Source: Escherichia phage CMSTMSU. Taken from it: a stretch of 64,000 bases of DNA. The notes under the pieces are model-generated. The model worked only from the letters and a program-made list of their open reading frames with translations. It had not been told where the DNA came from and ran no database searches. Of the stretch, positions 1 through 10,038 are shown one piece after another. Location: the sequence record MH494197.1. One strand, written 5' to 3'. Both the position numbers and the translations under genes were made by a program. Positions within the stretch are counted from its first letter, which is position 1, and every line of letters begins with the position of its first letter.

Positions 1-9
1 AACTGTACT

Positions 10-132
10 TTAATGGGTCCACTGTAATTGAGATTCTTCTAGGAACTTGATACATCTGAAATAATCTTTCAAGGAAAGAAATTTAACTACTGACATATCC
101 TGAACAATACTATGCTGAACTTCAACTTTCAT
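10..132 (-). CDS. small hypothetical protein (40 aa)
   Basis: ATG with AAGGAG Shine-Dalgarno about 6 nt upstream; downstream of rnlA on same strand; no recognisable motif. Confidence 0.3.
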   Translation of the reverse strand: MKVEVQHSIVQDMSVVKFLSLKDYFRCIKFLEESQLQWTH

Positions 133-141
133 ATGAACTCC

Positions 142-395
142 TTATAGTGGGTCGAATTTATTTTCACGTTTTGATGTATAGCGAGTTACATCATGTATTC
201 TCGGCTTAACACCTTTTGGTTTCCTTTTCTTCTTGTATTCAGTACTACTACACCCGAAAGTATTCTCGATTCGTTTCTTACTAATCTTCACACCTTTCTT
301 AGAGCGTTTGTGCTGTAATTCATCGATTTCTTCTTGTATTTTCCTGAATTCTGTCGGAGAAAGGGAACCGTCATTTTATACTTAGGTTTAGCCAT
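142..395 (-). CDS. lysine-rich basic small protein, frame apparently interrupted
   Basis: ATG (MAKPKYK...) with AGGAG SD, continues in another frame (...SKKGVKISKKRIENTF...KKKRKPKGVKPR...) to a stop near 142. Confidence 0.25.
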
Positions 396-414
396 CACTT
401 CTCCTTGTGCTAGG

Positions 415-1566
415 CTAGATAGTACTAAAATCCTTTAGTACAATTTTCATGTACTTAATAAGAGTCTCTTTGTAATCGACTTTCTTATTGTTGTACATTG
501 CAAAGGCCAAGCCCTGACGATTCAGTTCATTAGTTAAACACTCCTGAACCTTCTTAGCGAATTCCTTTCGCTCCAAGTGCTTGTGTTCCTTGACGAAGCT
601 TTCAACTTCATCTTGTAAAGCATTATAGCACGAAAAGACTAGTTGTTCCATTCTTAATATCTTTTGGGTAGCATATTCGTCAGTACTGAACAACTGTTTT
701 AAATCATCACTCGAACCATTTAATACAGCTTCATATAAATGGGAATCGATTATAATACTGTCTTTCGTTAAATGCAAAGAACAATACCAGTCGGTTTTGA
801 TTTTGCACATTGTACCATTATTTAGGATGCACACAAAACCTTCAATGTCAAGCATTTTCTTAACTTCTTCAACACTTTCTTTGAATGTAGCACGAACAGG
901 GAAAGTGTAATGAATATCTTTACCTGTCATGTTAGTACTGTACTGTGCAAGGCATGGGAACTTATTACGTAATGCAGAACCACATAATAGTTCACCACTC
1001 TTGCGATGGCGAACGTTTAGTACAAATATTTGTTCAACCCGGTATGGTAATACAATACGGTACTCTGGACTTGTATACTCCAGATTAACAGTATAGCCCA
1101 AACGGTCTGCTTCGTCAATGTATTGATACAAATTTTGGTTCTCATTGAGAAGACGAGTACTGTTAATCGCATGGTCTGAATACAATGCAGTATGTGATTT
1201 ACAACGAATTACACCATCATTATCACGGTAAGTACTGATTACTGAACCATCCAACTTAGGCATCACTACTGCAATGTCATCGAATGTGGTATCAGCAGGG
1301 AACATTGTAGTAGGATTTTCGTAAGCATTGAAGAACTTTTTCATAGTACGAGCAGCACAACGAATCATATCACCGTCTTCATCAATTTCCCACATAGAAC
1401 CACGGGTTTCTAATGCATTGGGTTGCATGAAATCGGTATATGATGCTAGACGATAACTGAATACACGATATGTTCCACCAGCAGGACTTTTATGATCCAC
1501 ATAAAAGAAAGCCTCACGAGTATTACATAAGTGCATTAAATCTTCATATATTTGTAAAAGGGTCAT
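415..1566 (-). CDS. rnlA: RNA ligase 1 (T4 Rnl1 family)
   Basis: 383 aa; N-terminal FFYVDHKSPAGGTYRVFSY and nucleotidyltransferase motif I PKLDGS align by eye with T4 Rnl1 (FFYSDDVSASGRTYRIFSY; KEDGSL with active-site Lys). Confidence 0.85.
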   Translation of the reverse strand: MTLLQIYEDLMHLCNTREAFFYVDHKSPAGGTYRVFSYRLASYTDFMQPNALETRGSMWEIDEDGDMIRCAARTMKKFFNAYENPTTMFPADTTFDDIAVVMPKLDGSVISTYRDNDGVIRCKSHTALYSDHAINSTRLLNENQNLYQYIDEADRLGYTVNLEYTSPEYRIVLPYRVEQIFVLNVRHRKSGELLCGSALRNKFPCLAQYSTNMTGKDIHYTFPVRATFKESVEEVKKMLDIEGFVCILNNGTMCKIKTDWYCSLHLTKDSIIIDSHLYEAVLNGSSDDLKQLFSTDEYATQKILRMEQLVFSCYNALQDEVESFVKEHKHLERKEFAKKVQECLTNELNRQGLAFAMYNNKKVDYKETLIKYMKIVLKDFSTI

Positions 1567-1871
1567 TTTATTACCTCTATATCTACATCTGTGCCATAGT
1601 AGGAAACGTAACCATTATCTGAATTACATTGAATTGATAACTCTGATTCATAGTATGTTACTTTGATCACTGTTAGAACTTTTTCATCAATTTTTCCCGT
1701 TAAATAATCCATTTCACGAACACGAACTTTGGTTCCTTTTGGGAGTTCTTGTGCAATTTTATTAACAAGTTCAAAAGCAGCTTCTTCAAGTGTGTGCAAC
1801 AATTGCAATCTATCTTGGATATTCATGTTATTTCCACCAAGTTGTATCACGACCACCAGACAAAGATTCAT
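1563..1871 (-). CDS. hypothetical protein
   Basis: track ORF; overlaps next ORF by 44 nt, may be the C-terminal part of a frame-shifted gene. Confidence 0.35.
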   Translation of the reverse strand: MNLCLVVVIQLGGNNMNIQDRLQLLHTLEEAAFELVNKIAQELPKGTKVRVREMDYLTGKIDEKVLTVIKVTYYESELSIQCNSDNGYVSYYGTDVDIEVIK

Positions 1872-2274
1872 TGTACTGATGCCTGAAATTAGTATTTGGA
1901 TTATTTGTCATTGTACTAATAAAATCAAATTTAACATTCTCTTGAATGTAATTAATAACATTATCTTTAAATTTAATAGTACTGAAATCTAAATCCAAAT
2001 GTTCATACAATACCGGATGACAAAACTCATGTGTACGCAACGATGGCATGGTATCCTTAATGTATTGCACAGTGTTAATCATTGCATTGTATTCAGGCAT
2101 AGCACGCATCATCATTAGCTGAAAGTGTTCTTCCTCTGACATTGACTCATCCAAATCAATAACGACTTCATCATTTTTAGAGTCATATACTTTAATGGAA
2201 CTCTTGGTTGGATCAAGCATAGCCCACTCTGGATACAGGCATGTTTTCCAAAAAGGATTATTGCACTGAAACAT
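1828..2274 (-). CDS. hypothetical protein with family-A-like motif (SEEEHFQLMMM) and an HEFCH pentapeptide
   Basis: track ORF 148 aa; motif read directly; HExxH alone is insufficient to call a metallopeptidase. Confidence 0.4.
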   Translation of the reverse strand: MFQCNNPFWKTCLYPEWAMLDPTKSSIKVYDSKNDEVVIDLDESMSEEEHFQLMMMRAMPEYNAMINTVQYIKDTMPSLRTHEFCHPVLYEHLDLDFSTIKFKDNVINYIQENVKFDFISTMTNNPNTNFRHQYNESLSGGRDTTWWK

Positions 2275-2518
2275 ACTAATTAGATTTTGATTTTTATCAA
2301 AATAGCAAACCCAAGATCCGAACTTGGCTGTACTTCACATACACAAATATCATAAGGAGTCTTCAGTACTGAATGAACCAACTACATTTGATATATGTGA
2401 ATATGGAGTTTCTCTTGATTTTAATTCAAAGGCTCTCTCCATACGATTAACCTGTGGTTGTAATGTAATTACACCCCTCAGTACATATAAAATTCTATCT
2501 AAATCTTTAATCAAAATT

Positions 2519-2854
2519 CTATCCTCTTAGTTTAATAGTACTGGCTGGGTAATCTACCATAGTACTATCTGGTAATCCTATACAGTAATAAGGAAAATAT
2601 CCCATCATATTAATACCAATTAACATTCCTGTTTTATATGAAGTATTAATTTCATAGTGGTCGTCTATATCAACCGCCAGTCCATATAAGGATATGTTAC
2701 AATCCTTGATGTATCGTTCAAAGATTTTATACATTGATGGGTATACAGTTCCATTGGATTCTCTCACTACATCAGCCAACAACTTTATAGTACTGTTAAT
2801 CAAATCTATACTAATCATCTTTGTACTGAAAAGACCAGCAAACGCTGGCCTCAA
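2519..2854 (-). CDS. hypothetical protein
   Basis: track ORF 111 aa, minus strand, tightly packed. Confidence 0.4.
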   Translation of the reverse strand: MRPAFAGLFSTKMISIDLINSTIKLLADVVRESNGTVYPSMYKIFERYIKDCNISLYGLAVDIDDHYEINTSYKTGMLIGINMMGYFPYYCIGLPDSTMVDYPASTIKLRG

Positions 2855-2857
2855 AAT

Positions 2858-3139
2858 TTAAATTATTTCATATAGACAATATACACCATCAACGCCATCA
2901 CAAGGAAAATCAACATAGAAATTCACACTAACAGTATCATAATCAATCTCAGTGATGCGTCCGGTTTTACCTACACTCTTCACGAATAGGTCAGAGCCAA
3001 GATATACAAACTCAAACTCATCTGCATACTCTTTTATAATATCAGCAAAATCACAACCATATCTGGGATCAGTATTAATAATCTCAAGATATAATGTAAT
3101 GTATTGTTCGTATGACCATGTGTGTAGGTAAAAATCCAT
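2858..3139 (-). CDS. hypothetical protein
   Basis: track ORF 93 aa. Confidence 0.4.
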   Translation of the reverse strand: MDFYLHTWSYEQYITLYLEIINTDPRYGCDFADIIKEYADEFEFVYLGSDLFVKSVGKTGRITEIDYDTVSVNFYVDFPCDGVDGVYCLYEII

Positions 3140-3148
3140 AACAGTTCC

Positions 3149-3886
3149 TTAGAAATATACCATACCCATCAATTCTGAATCTTCAGGGCGAGTATAGCCT
3201 TGTTTCTTAACTTTAAAGTAGAAGGATTCATTGTCTTCTAAATTATAACGTTTCTTCAAGCAACGGGTATATGTCTGGCAATTAGGATGAACCCATTCAT
3301 ATATATGAACACCATCTTCATTATAACCATTTATACTACAACGGTTGCCTTCATGTTTCTTGTAGTTCTTGCTTTTCTCGGTAAATTCTTTTACAGCAGT
3401 AGTACTTGGTGATTTATATTCAAAAGGAACTTCAGTCATACGGAAATAATAATATTGATCGTCTTCATCATATCCCAAGAGCACTGTGTTAGTTTCACGT
3501 ACATTGTAATGATTCTTACTTTTCAATTCATTTTCATATATATCTTGAAGTACTTCTTCAAATACTGTAGTACTGTCAGCATTTGGGTTGGATACACCTG
3601 ATACTCTTCGTTCAATAATAAAATCAGTATATTTGCGGTCTTCTGCAATGTCTTCATTCATATAAAGACTAACGAACTTATCCTTGTACGTCTTTACACT
3701 GTATTGTTTACTTTGAACTTCGCTATATACATCTGCTAACATATTCTCCTGACCGCACTGCACACCACTTACAGAATAAGCACATGCATGTTCAGCCATT
3801 ACTGATGTTAACATTTGAAAATTTGCCATGTTTAATTCATTCGCCATCTCTGTAGCGAAACGGATACGGTCAAGCACTTTACACAC
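3149..3886 (-). CDS. hypothetical protein (245 aa)
   Basis: long uninterrupted minus-strand ORF; probable start at MANELNMANFQ...; no motif recognised. Confidence 0.5.
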   Translation of the reverse strand: MCKVLDRIRFATEMANELNMANFQMLTSVMAEHACAYSVSGVQCGQENMLADVYSEVQSKQYSVKTYKDKFVSLYMNEDIAEDRKYTDFIIERRVSGVSNPNADSTTVFEEVLQDIYENELKSKNHYNVRETNTVLLGYDEDDQYYYFRMTEVPFEYKSPSTTAVKEFTEKSKNYKKHEGNRCSINGYNEDGVHIYEWVHPNCQTYTRCLKKRYNLEDNESFYFKVKKQGYTRPEDSELMGMVYF

Positions 3887-3935
3887 TCCTTGTGTTAGTT
3901 ATTGTTCCTCATCCAATATTATATCACTACTTGAG

Positions 3936-4238
3936 CTATTGTCCCGCTTTGTAACAATAAAGATTCTCAAATTTAAAGTTTTCTATATCACATTCCGAAC
4001 GAACTCGATTCTTGTTCCAGAACAAAATGCGAATCCTTTCATAGTCACGATAAACATTAATAATACTTTTGTGTTTAGATTTGTAGTACTGCTGTATAAC
4101 CTGAAGAGTTATATCCCTCAACTTGGACTTAATTGGGTAAGACATATCATTACTAGTTGTTATGGTATAAACCATCTTCATCGTTTCAGCAACAAGTACT
4201 TCATTCGATTTATTTGCCATTAAAATCCTTACAAACAC
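3936..4238 (-). CDS. hypothetical protein
   Basis: track ORF 100 aa. Confidence 0.4.
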   Translation of the reverse strand: MFVRILMANKSNEVLVAETMKMVYTITTSNDMSYPIKSKLRDITLQVIQQYYKSKHKSIINVYRDYERIRILFWNKNRVRSECDIENFKFENLYCYKAGQ

Positions 4239-4663
4239 TATGTAAAGTAAATCCTAAACCTACACCTACGAATGGGAATAGTAAATTAATGTACCAGACA
4301 TTCATTGTCGAAAGGAAACAAATCCCACTTACTGTCAGTACTGCTAGTGAGAAAAGACTCCAGATAAAAATAATGCTCTCATAAAAATGTTACCTCGTTA
4401 GATGAGTAGTTACGATATATTTGTGAATTATGTTCCACACCATGAATTGTTATATGCCCGTTGTAGAAAAAAGTAATATCTACAACTTTGAGTTCTTTAC
4501 GTTTTTAGTACTGAAATATCTACCCACTAACGCAGCATATATATAATCCCTGTACTCTTGAGTAATGAATTTATACATATTATGATTTGCACTACACTTT
4601 TCATCATAAGTATTAGTATATTCTTTCATCAATAACGCATATGTTTTTGTATCAATATAATAT

Positions 4664-5050
4664 TCATCTATAGTTTAATATTGAAATGGGTAGACTATAT
4701 ATATGTACGTAAAGTTTATCAACTCTTTCCATATTCACTTTTAAAGTACTTCCAAGACGACTGATGCTATCTATACGATAAAGCACGTCATTCAGCATCA
4801 TTACGGTATCGGTGTAATCTTCACTAAGAGATTCAATGTAGATATCTTCAAGTTTCACATCCATGCGTGGGATATCTAAATCCCTCAATAAACGCAGTGT
4901 TTGCACGATCAGTTCAGCTTTAGTCATGGATACGCTCACAATTAAGGCAATAAATGCACTCAATGTCAGGTCGCCATGATTTATCGAAATCTTTGTGCTG
5001 TTCTTCAGTGTATTCCGAATCATCATTGATGGGAAAGAAATCACCAGCAC
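4664..5050 (-). CDS. hypothetical protein
   Basis: track ORF 128 aa; overlaps 4920..5120 in another frame, possible frameshift. Confidence 0.35.
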   Translation of the reverse strand: MLVISFPSMMIRNTLKNSTKISINHGDLTLSAFIALIVSVSMTKAELIVQTLRLLRDLDIPRMDVKLEDIYIESLSEDYTDTVMMLNDVLYRIDSISRLGSTLKVNMERVDKLYVHIYSLPISILNYR

Positions 5051-5120
5051 CAGTGGCCCAGTCTGAATCTAAACGGAAACGAGCTAATTGAGTACTGTTG
5101 CAATATGGACATTTATTCAA
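4920..5120 (-). CDS. small zinc-ribbon-like protein
   Basis: CPYC ... CIYCLNC cysteine pairs in a 66 aa ORF. Confidence 0.35.
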   Translation of the reverse strand: MNKCPYCNSTQLARFRLDSDWATGAGDFFPINDDSEYTEEQHKDFDKSWRPDIECIYCLNCERIHD

Positions 5121-5358
5121 AATTTATTCCTTCTAACTGATATACGTTTAATGAAAATGACCCACTATTATTATCGCATCTGAAACACAGTGTTAAAGAA
5201 CCATTAAAACTAACAACATCAGTACATATACATTTTTCACCATTGGATATGATAGATTTTCCTATATATAAATCTCTTACTATAGTACGGTAATGTTGCC
5301 ATAAAAATAATACACACTTTCATAGTACTCATCTTTTACATATGACAAGTATAAGAAT

Positions 5359-5568
5359 TTATAAAATACTTGTATTTCCTTTAAGTTGTTTTTCATTCTC
5401 CAACTCCAGTAAATTTACACCAATCCAATCAACATCACTATCAGTACTTAATTCCAATCGTAGCTTACCGCTATGACTAACAATATCGCGGAATTTGTAT
5501 ATTTTATTATCACGAACTATACACAAATCATGGTAATATTCATGTAATTCATCCAAAACTTTATCCAT
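5359..5568 (-). CDS. hypothetical protein
   Basis: track ORF 69 aa. Confidence 0.3.
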   Translation of the reverse strand: MDKVLDELHEYYHDLCIVRDNKIYKFRDIVSHSGKLRLELSTDSDVDWIGVNLLELENEKQLKGNTSIL

Positions 5569-5982
5569 ACCGAACGATAGATTTCACCGTAGAGATATTC
5601 TCCAGCATCAACCGTAGCGTATTGGATATACAAAAATTTGTATGTGAATTGTATATCATTAAGATTCATATGTCAATCCTTATAGGTCTGTCAACTTCAA
5701 AACTTTGATCTCCATAAATTCCTATCAGTTTTTCAAGAAATTCAACATGGATAATACCTTGATAAGATTTGACACCTGAGTATTCGAATATATCATCGCC
5801 ATCAGTGTAAGTACTGTAATTCTTTTTATATATTCAGCAATAGAATCTAAGTAATCATAGTAATTATTAATAAATGGTGATTCTTTTGATTCGACATGTT
5901 CACCAATCTTCCCACTAAAAGATACATGTCATACAAACCATATATATTTTATACGTGAATTGAACATCATTCAAATTTAATT

Positions 5983-6243
5983 TCAAGGGAATATCTCCAG
6001 AGGAACACTCGTAAATCCAAAATCAGTGTAGAACTGTACCTCTACTTTACCATCGAGCTTAATGATTATATCTGAAAATTCTGCATGATCGTTGTTGATC
6101 ATTACAGTACTGAATTTTTCTTTAATCCTCTCACGCACAATATTAATCATTTCAATACATGTATCTTCTAAAAATATACTATTATTTTTATTTGCTAGGT
6201 CACGAATGCACTTGAATGTTAATTGGAAATCTTTATAATTCAT
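5983..6243 (-). CDS. hypothetical protein
   Basis: track ORF 86 aa. Confidence 0.35.
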   Translation of the reverse strand: MNYKDFQLTFKCIRDLANKNNSIFLEDTCIEMINIVRERIKEKFSTVMINNDHAEFSDIIIKLDGKVEVQFYTDFGFTSVPLEIFP

Positions 6244-6321
6244 ATATTCACCAAATCAACAGAGAATAAGTCGTTATCAAATTTATATGAAAGTACTAAT
6301 CTACCACCAAAACTATCGACT

Positions 6322-6507
6322 CTAAGTATCTTTCGTTTTTCCATTAATGAAAATTTCAGTATCAACAAAATACTCACGTAATTCTTCTAGGTAATTTGAC
6401 CATAATTTATGAGTAAACGCATTTTTATTAATTGTATTAGTACTTCTATTATTGTGGTGTAATTTAAATAATTCCATATAAGTGAATTGTATATGTTTGT
6501 AATTCAT
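6322..6507 (-). CDS. hypothetical protein
   Basis: track ORF 61 aa. Confidence 0.3.
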   Translation of the reverse strand: MNYKHIQFTYMELFKLHHNNRSTNTINKNAFTHKLWSNYLEELREYFVDTEIFINGKTKDT

Positions 6508-6807
6508 ATTTCTTACAAAAAGCCCGAACTTATGTCGGGCTATATGTATTATTCATCGTCATCATCGTCGTCGAGATCAGGTAAATGTCACTATCACCAT
6601 CATCGAAGTACTCAACCACTACACGGAATGTTCAGTGCTGTGAACATCGCATCATATTTTTCATCAGATGGGATAAGAACAAACTCATCAATGCTTTGAA
6701 TTTCAGGCATACGATCTTCAGGAATACCCATTTGCAACAAGGATTGGATGATTTTTCTTTGTATTCTTGGAACTTCTCTTCTGATTCAAAATCCATAATA
6801 AGTTGTG

Positions 6808-7341
6808 CTACATAACCATCTTCGTTACCAAATGCGATTGACATTTGTGCATCAGTACCGACATATGACCATGTACGCTTGCCAGTATTTTTCTCAATGA
6901 AGTTCTGAATTTCAAGAACGATTTCATGACGAGAACTATTGGCAATGTTGTTAAGGTTAGCAACACCAGCAATAATTTCTGAACTGTCATTGATTCTTCG
7001 AATGTGCCATAGTCACCTAATACATATTGAACACCATCACAATGTAATGCATATGCATAATCCAAATCAGCAAGTGAATCACACTTACCACGGATTGGGC
7101 GTAGGGAAAGCCCTAGGCGAAGATAACGAAAGTATGTATTAGTATTTGTATTTGTCAACGTAATGCTCCTTAACAATATAAAAGTAGTTGCTGTTGTTGT
7201 CAAAAAGATGACTAATCCTTTGTAGACATTTACACCAATCTTGATTTGGCATATTTTATTCGATTTACAAGCCTCAGTCAATAACATTTTGTGCTCTTTA
7301 CTGAAAGTGTGGAAGAGTGGTTTTACATGCCACATCTCCAC
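6808..7341 (-). CDS. hypothetical protein, frame probably disrupted
   Basis: track ORF 177 aa with low-complexity stretch; overlapping ORF 6632..6844 in another frame. Confidence 0.3.
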   Translation of the reverse strand: MEMWHVKPLFHTFSKEHKMLLTEACKSNKICQIKIGVNVYKGLVIFLTTTATTFILLRSITLTNTNTNTYFRYLRLGLSLRPIRGKCDSLADLDYAYALHCDGVQYVLGDYGTFEESMTVQKLLLVLLTLTTLPIVLVMKSFLKFRTSLRKILASVHGHMSVLMHKCQSHLVTKMVM

Positions 7342-7401
7342 ACCATCTAGTACTGGAAATGTTCACTGAATTTGATCATTGATTCTTGCAAAAATAACCT
7401 G

Positions 7402-7707
7402 TTAGATTCGAATCATCAGACATGTAAGTTCGCCGAAGTCAATTACTTCGTCATGTGTTAACTTATCACTACGCTCTAGAACATTGATGATGAATGGTGT
7501 TTGACTATATAATTCAGCCAGAAACGCAACTTCATCAGATGTATAAGAATATCCCATAGGAACAACTTGTGCAGTCCAGTTTCCTAAAGTTTTGTTTGCA
7601 ATGATTGCAACCACCGTATTACCTTTGAATTCAACATGGATTGAACGGAAACCCGAATCCTCATTCTGATCCCAAAGTACTGGGTTAGTTTTAAACAGTA
7701 CTGACAT
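7402..7707 (-). CDS. hypothetical protein
   Basis: track ORF 101 aa. Confidence 0.4.
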   Translation of the reverse strand: MSVLFKTNPVLWDQNEDSGFRSIHVEFKGNTVVAIIANKTLGNWTAQVVPMGYSYTSDEVAFLAELYSQTPFIINVLERSDKLTHDEVIDFGELTCLMIRI

Positions 7708-7843
7708 AGTTATTTCCTCATGTATTTTATTACATCTTCAAATAGTTTAGTTTTCAGTGCATCATCATTACGTAGAAAAGTACTGAAGCTATTAAAATCT
7801 TCATTCTTGGCAAACTCACGCATCTGTGTGGAACTGTAGCGAC

Positions 7844-8238
7844 TTACATTTCGGTCAATTCCAGCTTGAACTGCCTTGATTGAACAAAAATTATATAACT
7901 TCCCATTGTACGTGTCAAGCGTTTTTGGAATGGTTCAAGTCTGTCTGAACCACATATGAAAAGAACATCTAAGTACTTTCCATCCAGTTCTCTCATTATA
8001 TCAAACAGATTATCTTCTGTATAGATATTTTCTTGTACAGATGGGTAAAATCCTTCTGTATAGTACATTTTCAGTTCAGGAGGTAATGGGTTTTGATGGC
8101 ATCAGTACTGGTACTAAGGAATATTTTCAAATCAGCATTGTACTGTTCTTGTAGTGCTTGAGCTTTTTCAAACACTAAACCATGACCTCGATGTACAGGG
8201 TTAATTCTTCCGAATGTCACTACGCATGTTTCTTTCAT
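7844..8238 (-). CDS. cytidylyltransferase-like nucleotidyltransferase (possible NMN adenylyltransferase), split into two frames
   Basis: N-terminal piece 8071..8238 reads MKETCVVTFGRINPVHRGHGLVFEKA (G-x-F-x-P-x-H-x-G-H signature), then a stop and continuation in ORF 7844..8068. Confidence 0.5.
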
Positions 8239-8311
8239 ATGTTCTTCATCACCTGACCAATAGATTTAAGATGGTTGATTTTAGCTGGAGTCAAATACTT
8301 ATCCAGTACTA

Positions 8312-8760
8312 TTAAACAACTAGGGAATGGAGCACTGTCAGTCTTTTATCTGGTTCTTCAGGGATACCGAACTTTAAGCGACCTTTTATAAAACAAATAC
8401 AATCACAAACTTTCGCAGCATAATCCTGAAAGGCTATAGTATCAGTTCTTGATGGTACGAGAATCAGTACTGTAGCACCTTTGTTATATGCATCAACTGC
8501 CTTAGATAACCACGTTTTCAAATCACTGTACGGTGGGTTGAGCCACACGATATTGTTTCCCAGTCCTGTTCAAGTGAATTGTCTTCTGGTGTAAAGAACT
8601 TATCACACAATGCAGTTTCTTTGACACACGCTGCATCTAGTGTAAATTCCCAGAGTTCATCCAAATCTTCAAAGAAATCCTTTGGAGTAGTCCAGTTATC
8701 TTTTCCAGTACTGAAATGTACTGATTGTTTTTCTTCGAAGCATCCTTCTTCGACATACAT
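8312..8760 (-). CDS. Dam-like DNA N6-adenine methyltransferase (PF05869-like), frame-shifted
   Basis: WTTP, FTLDAAC, NPPYS, PSRTDT and KGRLKF motifs across overlapping ORFs 8518..8760 and 8312..8548; shift lies just before NPPY. Confidence 0.7.
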
Positions 8761-8772
8761 AATTTCCTTTGA

Positions 8773-9174
8773 TTATAGACAGTTAAGTACTATGTCATCA
8801 AAAGTACTACTGTCAATGTTGTATTCATATAAAAATTTAAAATGTGATCCATAACGCATCATCAGATTAAACTCTTCTTCAGTATTAAATTTGTAATCAT
8901 GAAGAGTTTCAAGGGTACATGTTAAACCTAAAAACTCAATAATTTCTGATGTTACATCATTTCCTGAATTGAAGTATTTAACCCAAACACATTTTCCTTG
9001 TGGGTTGAATTTTCTATATTCTCCTTCTAGTTCTCCATTGACGATATGTGCTTTCGCACTGATTAGATTATTACTATAACGCTCTTCGTAGTAGTTCCCA
9101 TAACGAGCTTTAAGAATTGTAGGCTTCTTGGTTGGGAATAACTTAATGGAAGTTAATTCAAAACCGCACTGCAA
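8773..9174 (-). CDS. hypothetical protein, possibly MORN/YwqK-like repeats
   Basis: 133 aa; NGELEGEYRKFNPQGKCVWVKYFNSGN resembles G-x-x-G-x-W-x-x-Y repeat pattern; weak. Confidence 0.35.
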   Translation of the reverse strand: MQCGFELTSIKLFPTKKPTILKARYGNYYEERYSNNLISAKAHIVNGELEGEYRKFNPQGKCVWVKYFNSGNDVTSEIIEFLGLTCTLETLHDYKFNTEEEFNLMMRYGSHFKFLYEYNIDSSTFDDIVLNCL

Positions 9175-10038
9175 CTCTTTGATGTACGAAATACATCCTT
9201 TTCTTTAATCACAACAAAACCAGTAAAATTCTCGGTCTTGTTTCTGATTTTCTGAATCAACAAATTCTAGTGTTTTATAAGTGACGCTTTTAGATTTTTA
9301 ATAAATGACATCATTATTCCTATGGAAACATCAATGACTGTACATGGCGTTGACTTCATCAACACCAGTCGAATTATACACGCTTCGCATGTCTAATTCA
9401 ACGAAAGTACTATGATTTGTTTTAATTAATATTGACGGGTTTGCTTGAGCATATTTCATCCCCAGAAAGAACAAAAAGTTTGACGCTGGTGGCCTTCACA
9501 TAGTTCATATCACGAATTCTCTTACGAGGCGAAAGCGGGTTGCTCTGTTTCTCTCTATCGCGGTTCTTGTAGCAACGGTCGTCGGTCTTAAACATCCCGA
9601 CACATAATACAAATACCATATGACCAGTACTTGTATTTGATTTCACGAATTTTGGACGCAACTATTTTGTATAAATTACGACCGCAAATTTCTCATGAAA
9701 TCTCCTTAGATAATTGGTAAGGTGCGATCCTTATATGTCTATCGAGGAACTCTCTTTATCCTATTGGAGTTCTTTATACAGCCGCATTGCCGTGAGTGGT
9801 TCAAACTATGCCATCATCTAACGGGTTTCATTTGCTGTTCGTACTGAAAGGACTACTCATCTACCCTCTACTTTTCGAGTGGATTAGGCTTTAATCATTT
9901 CCATATGGAACCTTTCAGGATTAAAAAAGGCGACAACATATTCTGCTGTCACCTTACATTATATCATAAACTTATGGTATGTCTCAGTTGTATTCTGTTT
10001 TTCAGTGAAATTAGTTAAGATATCTGCACTTAAGCTTC

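Noticed and set aside
1729-1992. Plus-strand ORFs in the track (e.g. 1729..1992, 3828..4223, 13483..13761, 33576..33905, 54011..54349, 54069..54314, 61862..62176) as genes
   Set aside because: All lie antisense to better-supported minus-strand genes, lack Shine-Dalgarno sequences, have low-complexity translations and no paralog or motif support. The whole window appears to be transcribed from the minus strand.
1828-2274. Zinc metallopeptidase call based on HEFCH
   Set aside because: An isolated HExxH pentapeptide without the surrounding conserved context is common by chance; the protein otherwise resembles family A.
9770-9800. tRNA gene suggested by GGTTCAAAC (T-loop-like) in the ORF-poor gap
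   Set aside because: No complementary T-stem or acceptor stem could be built around it on either strand.
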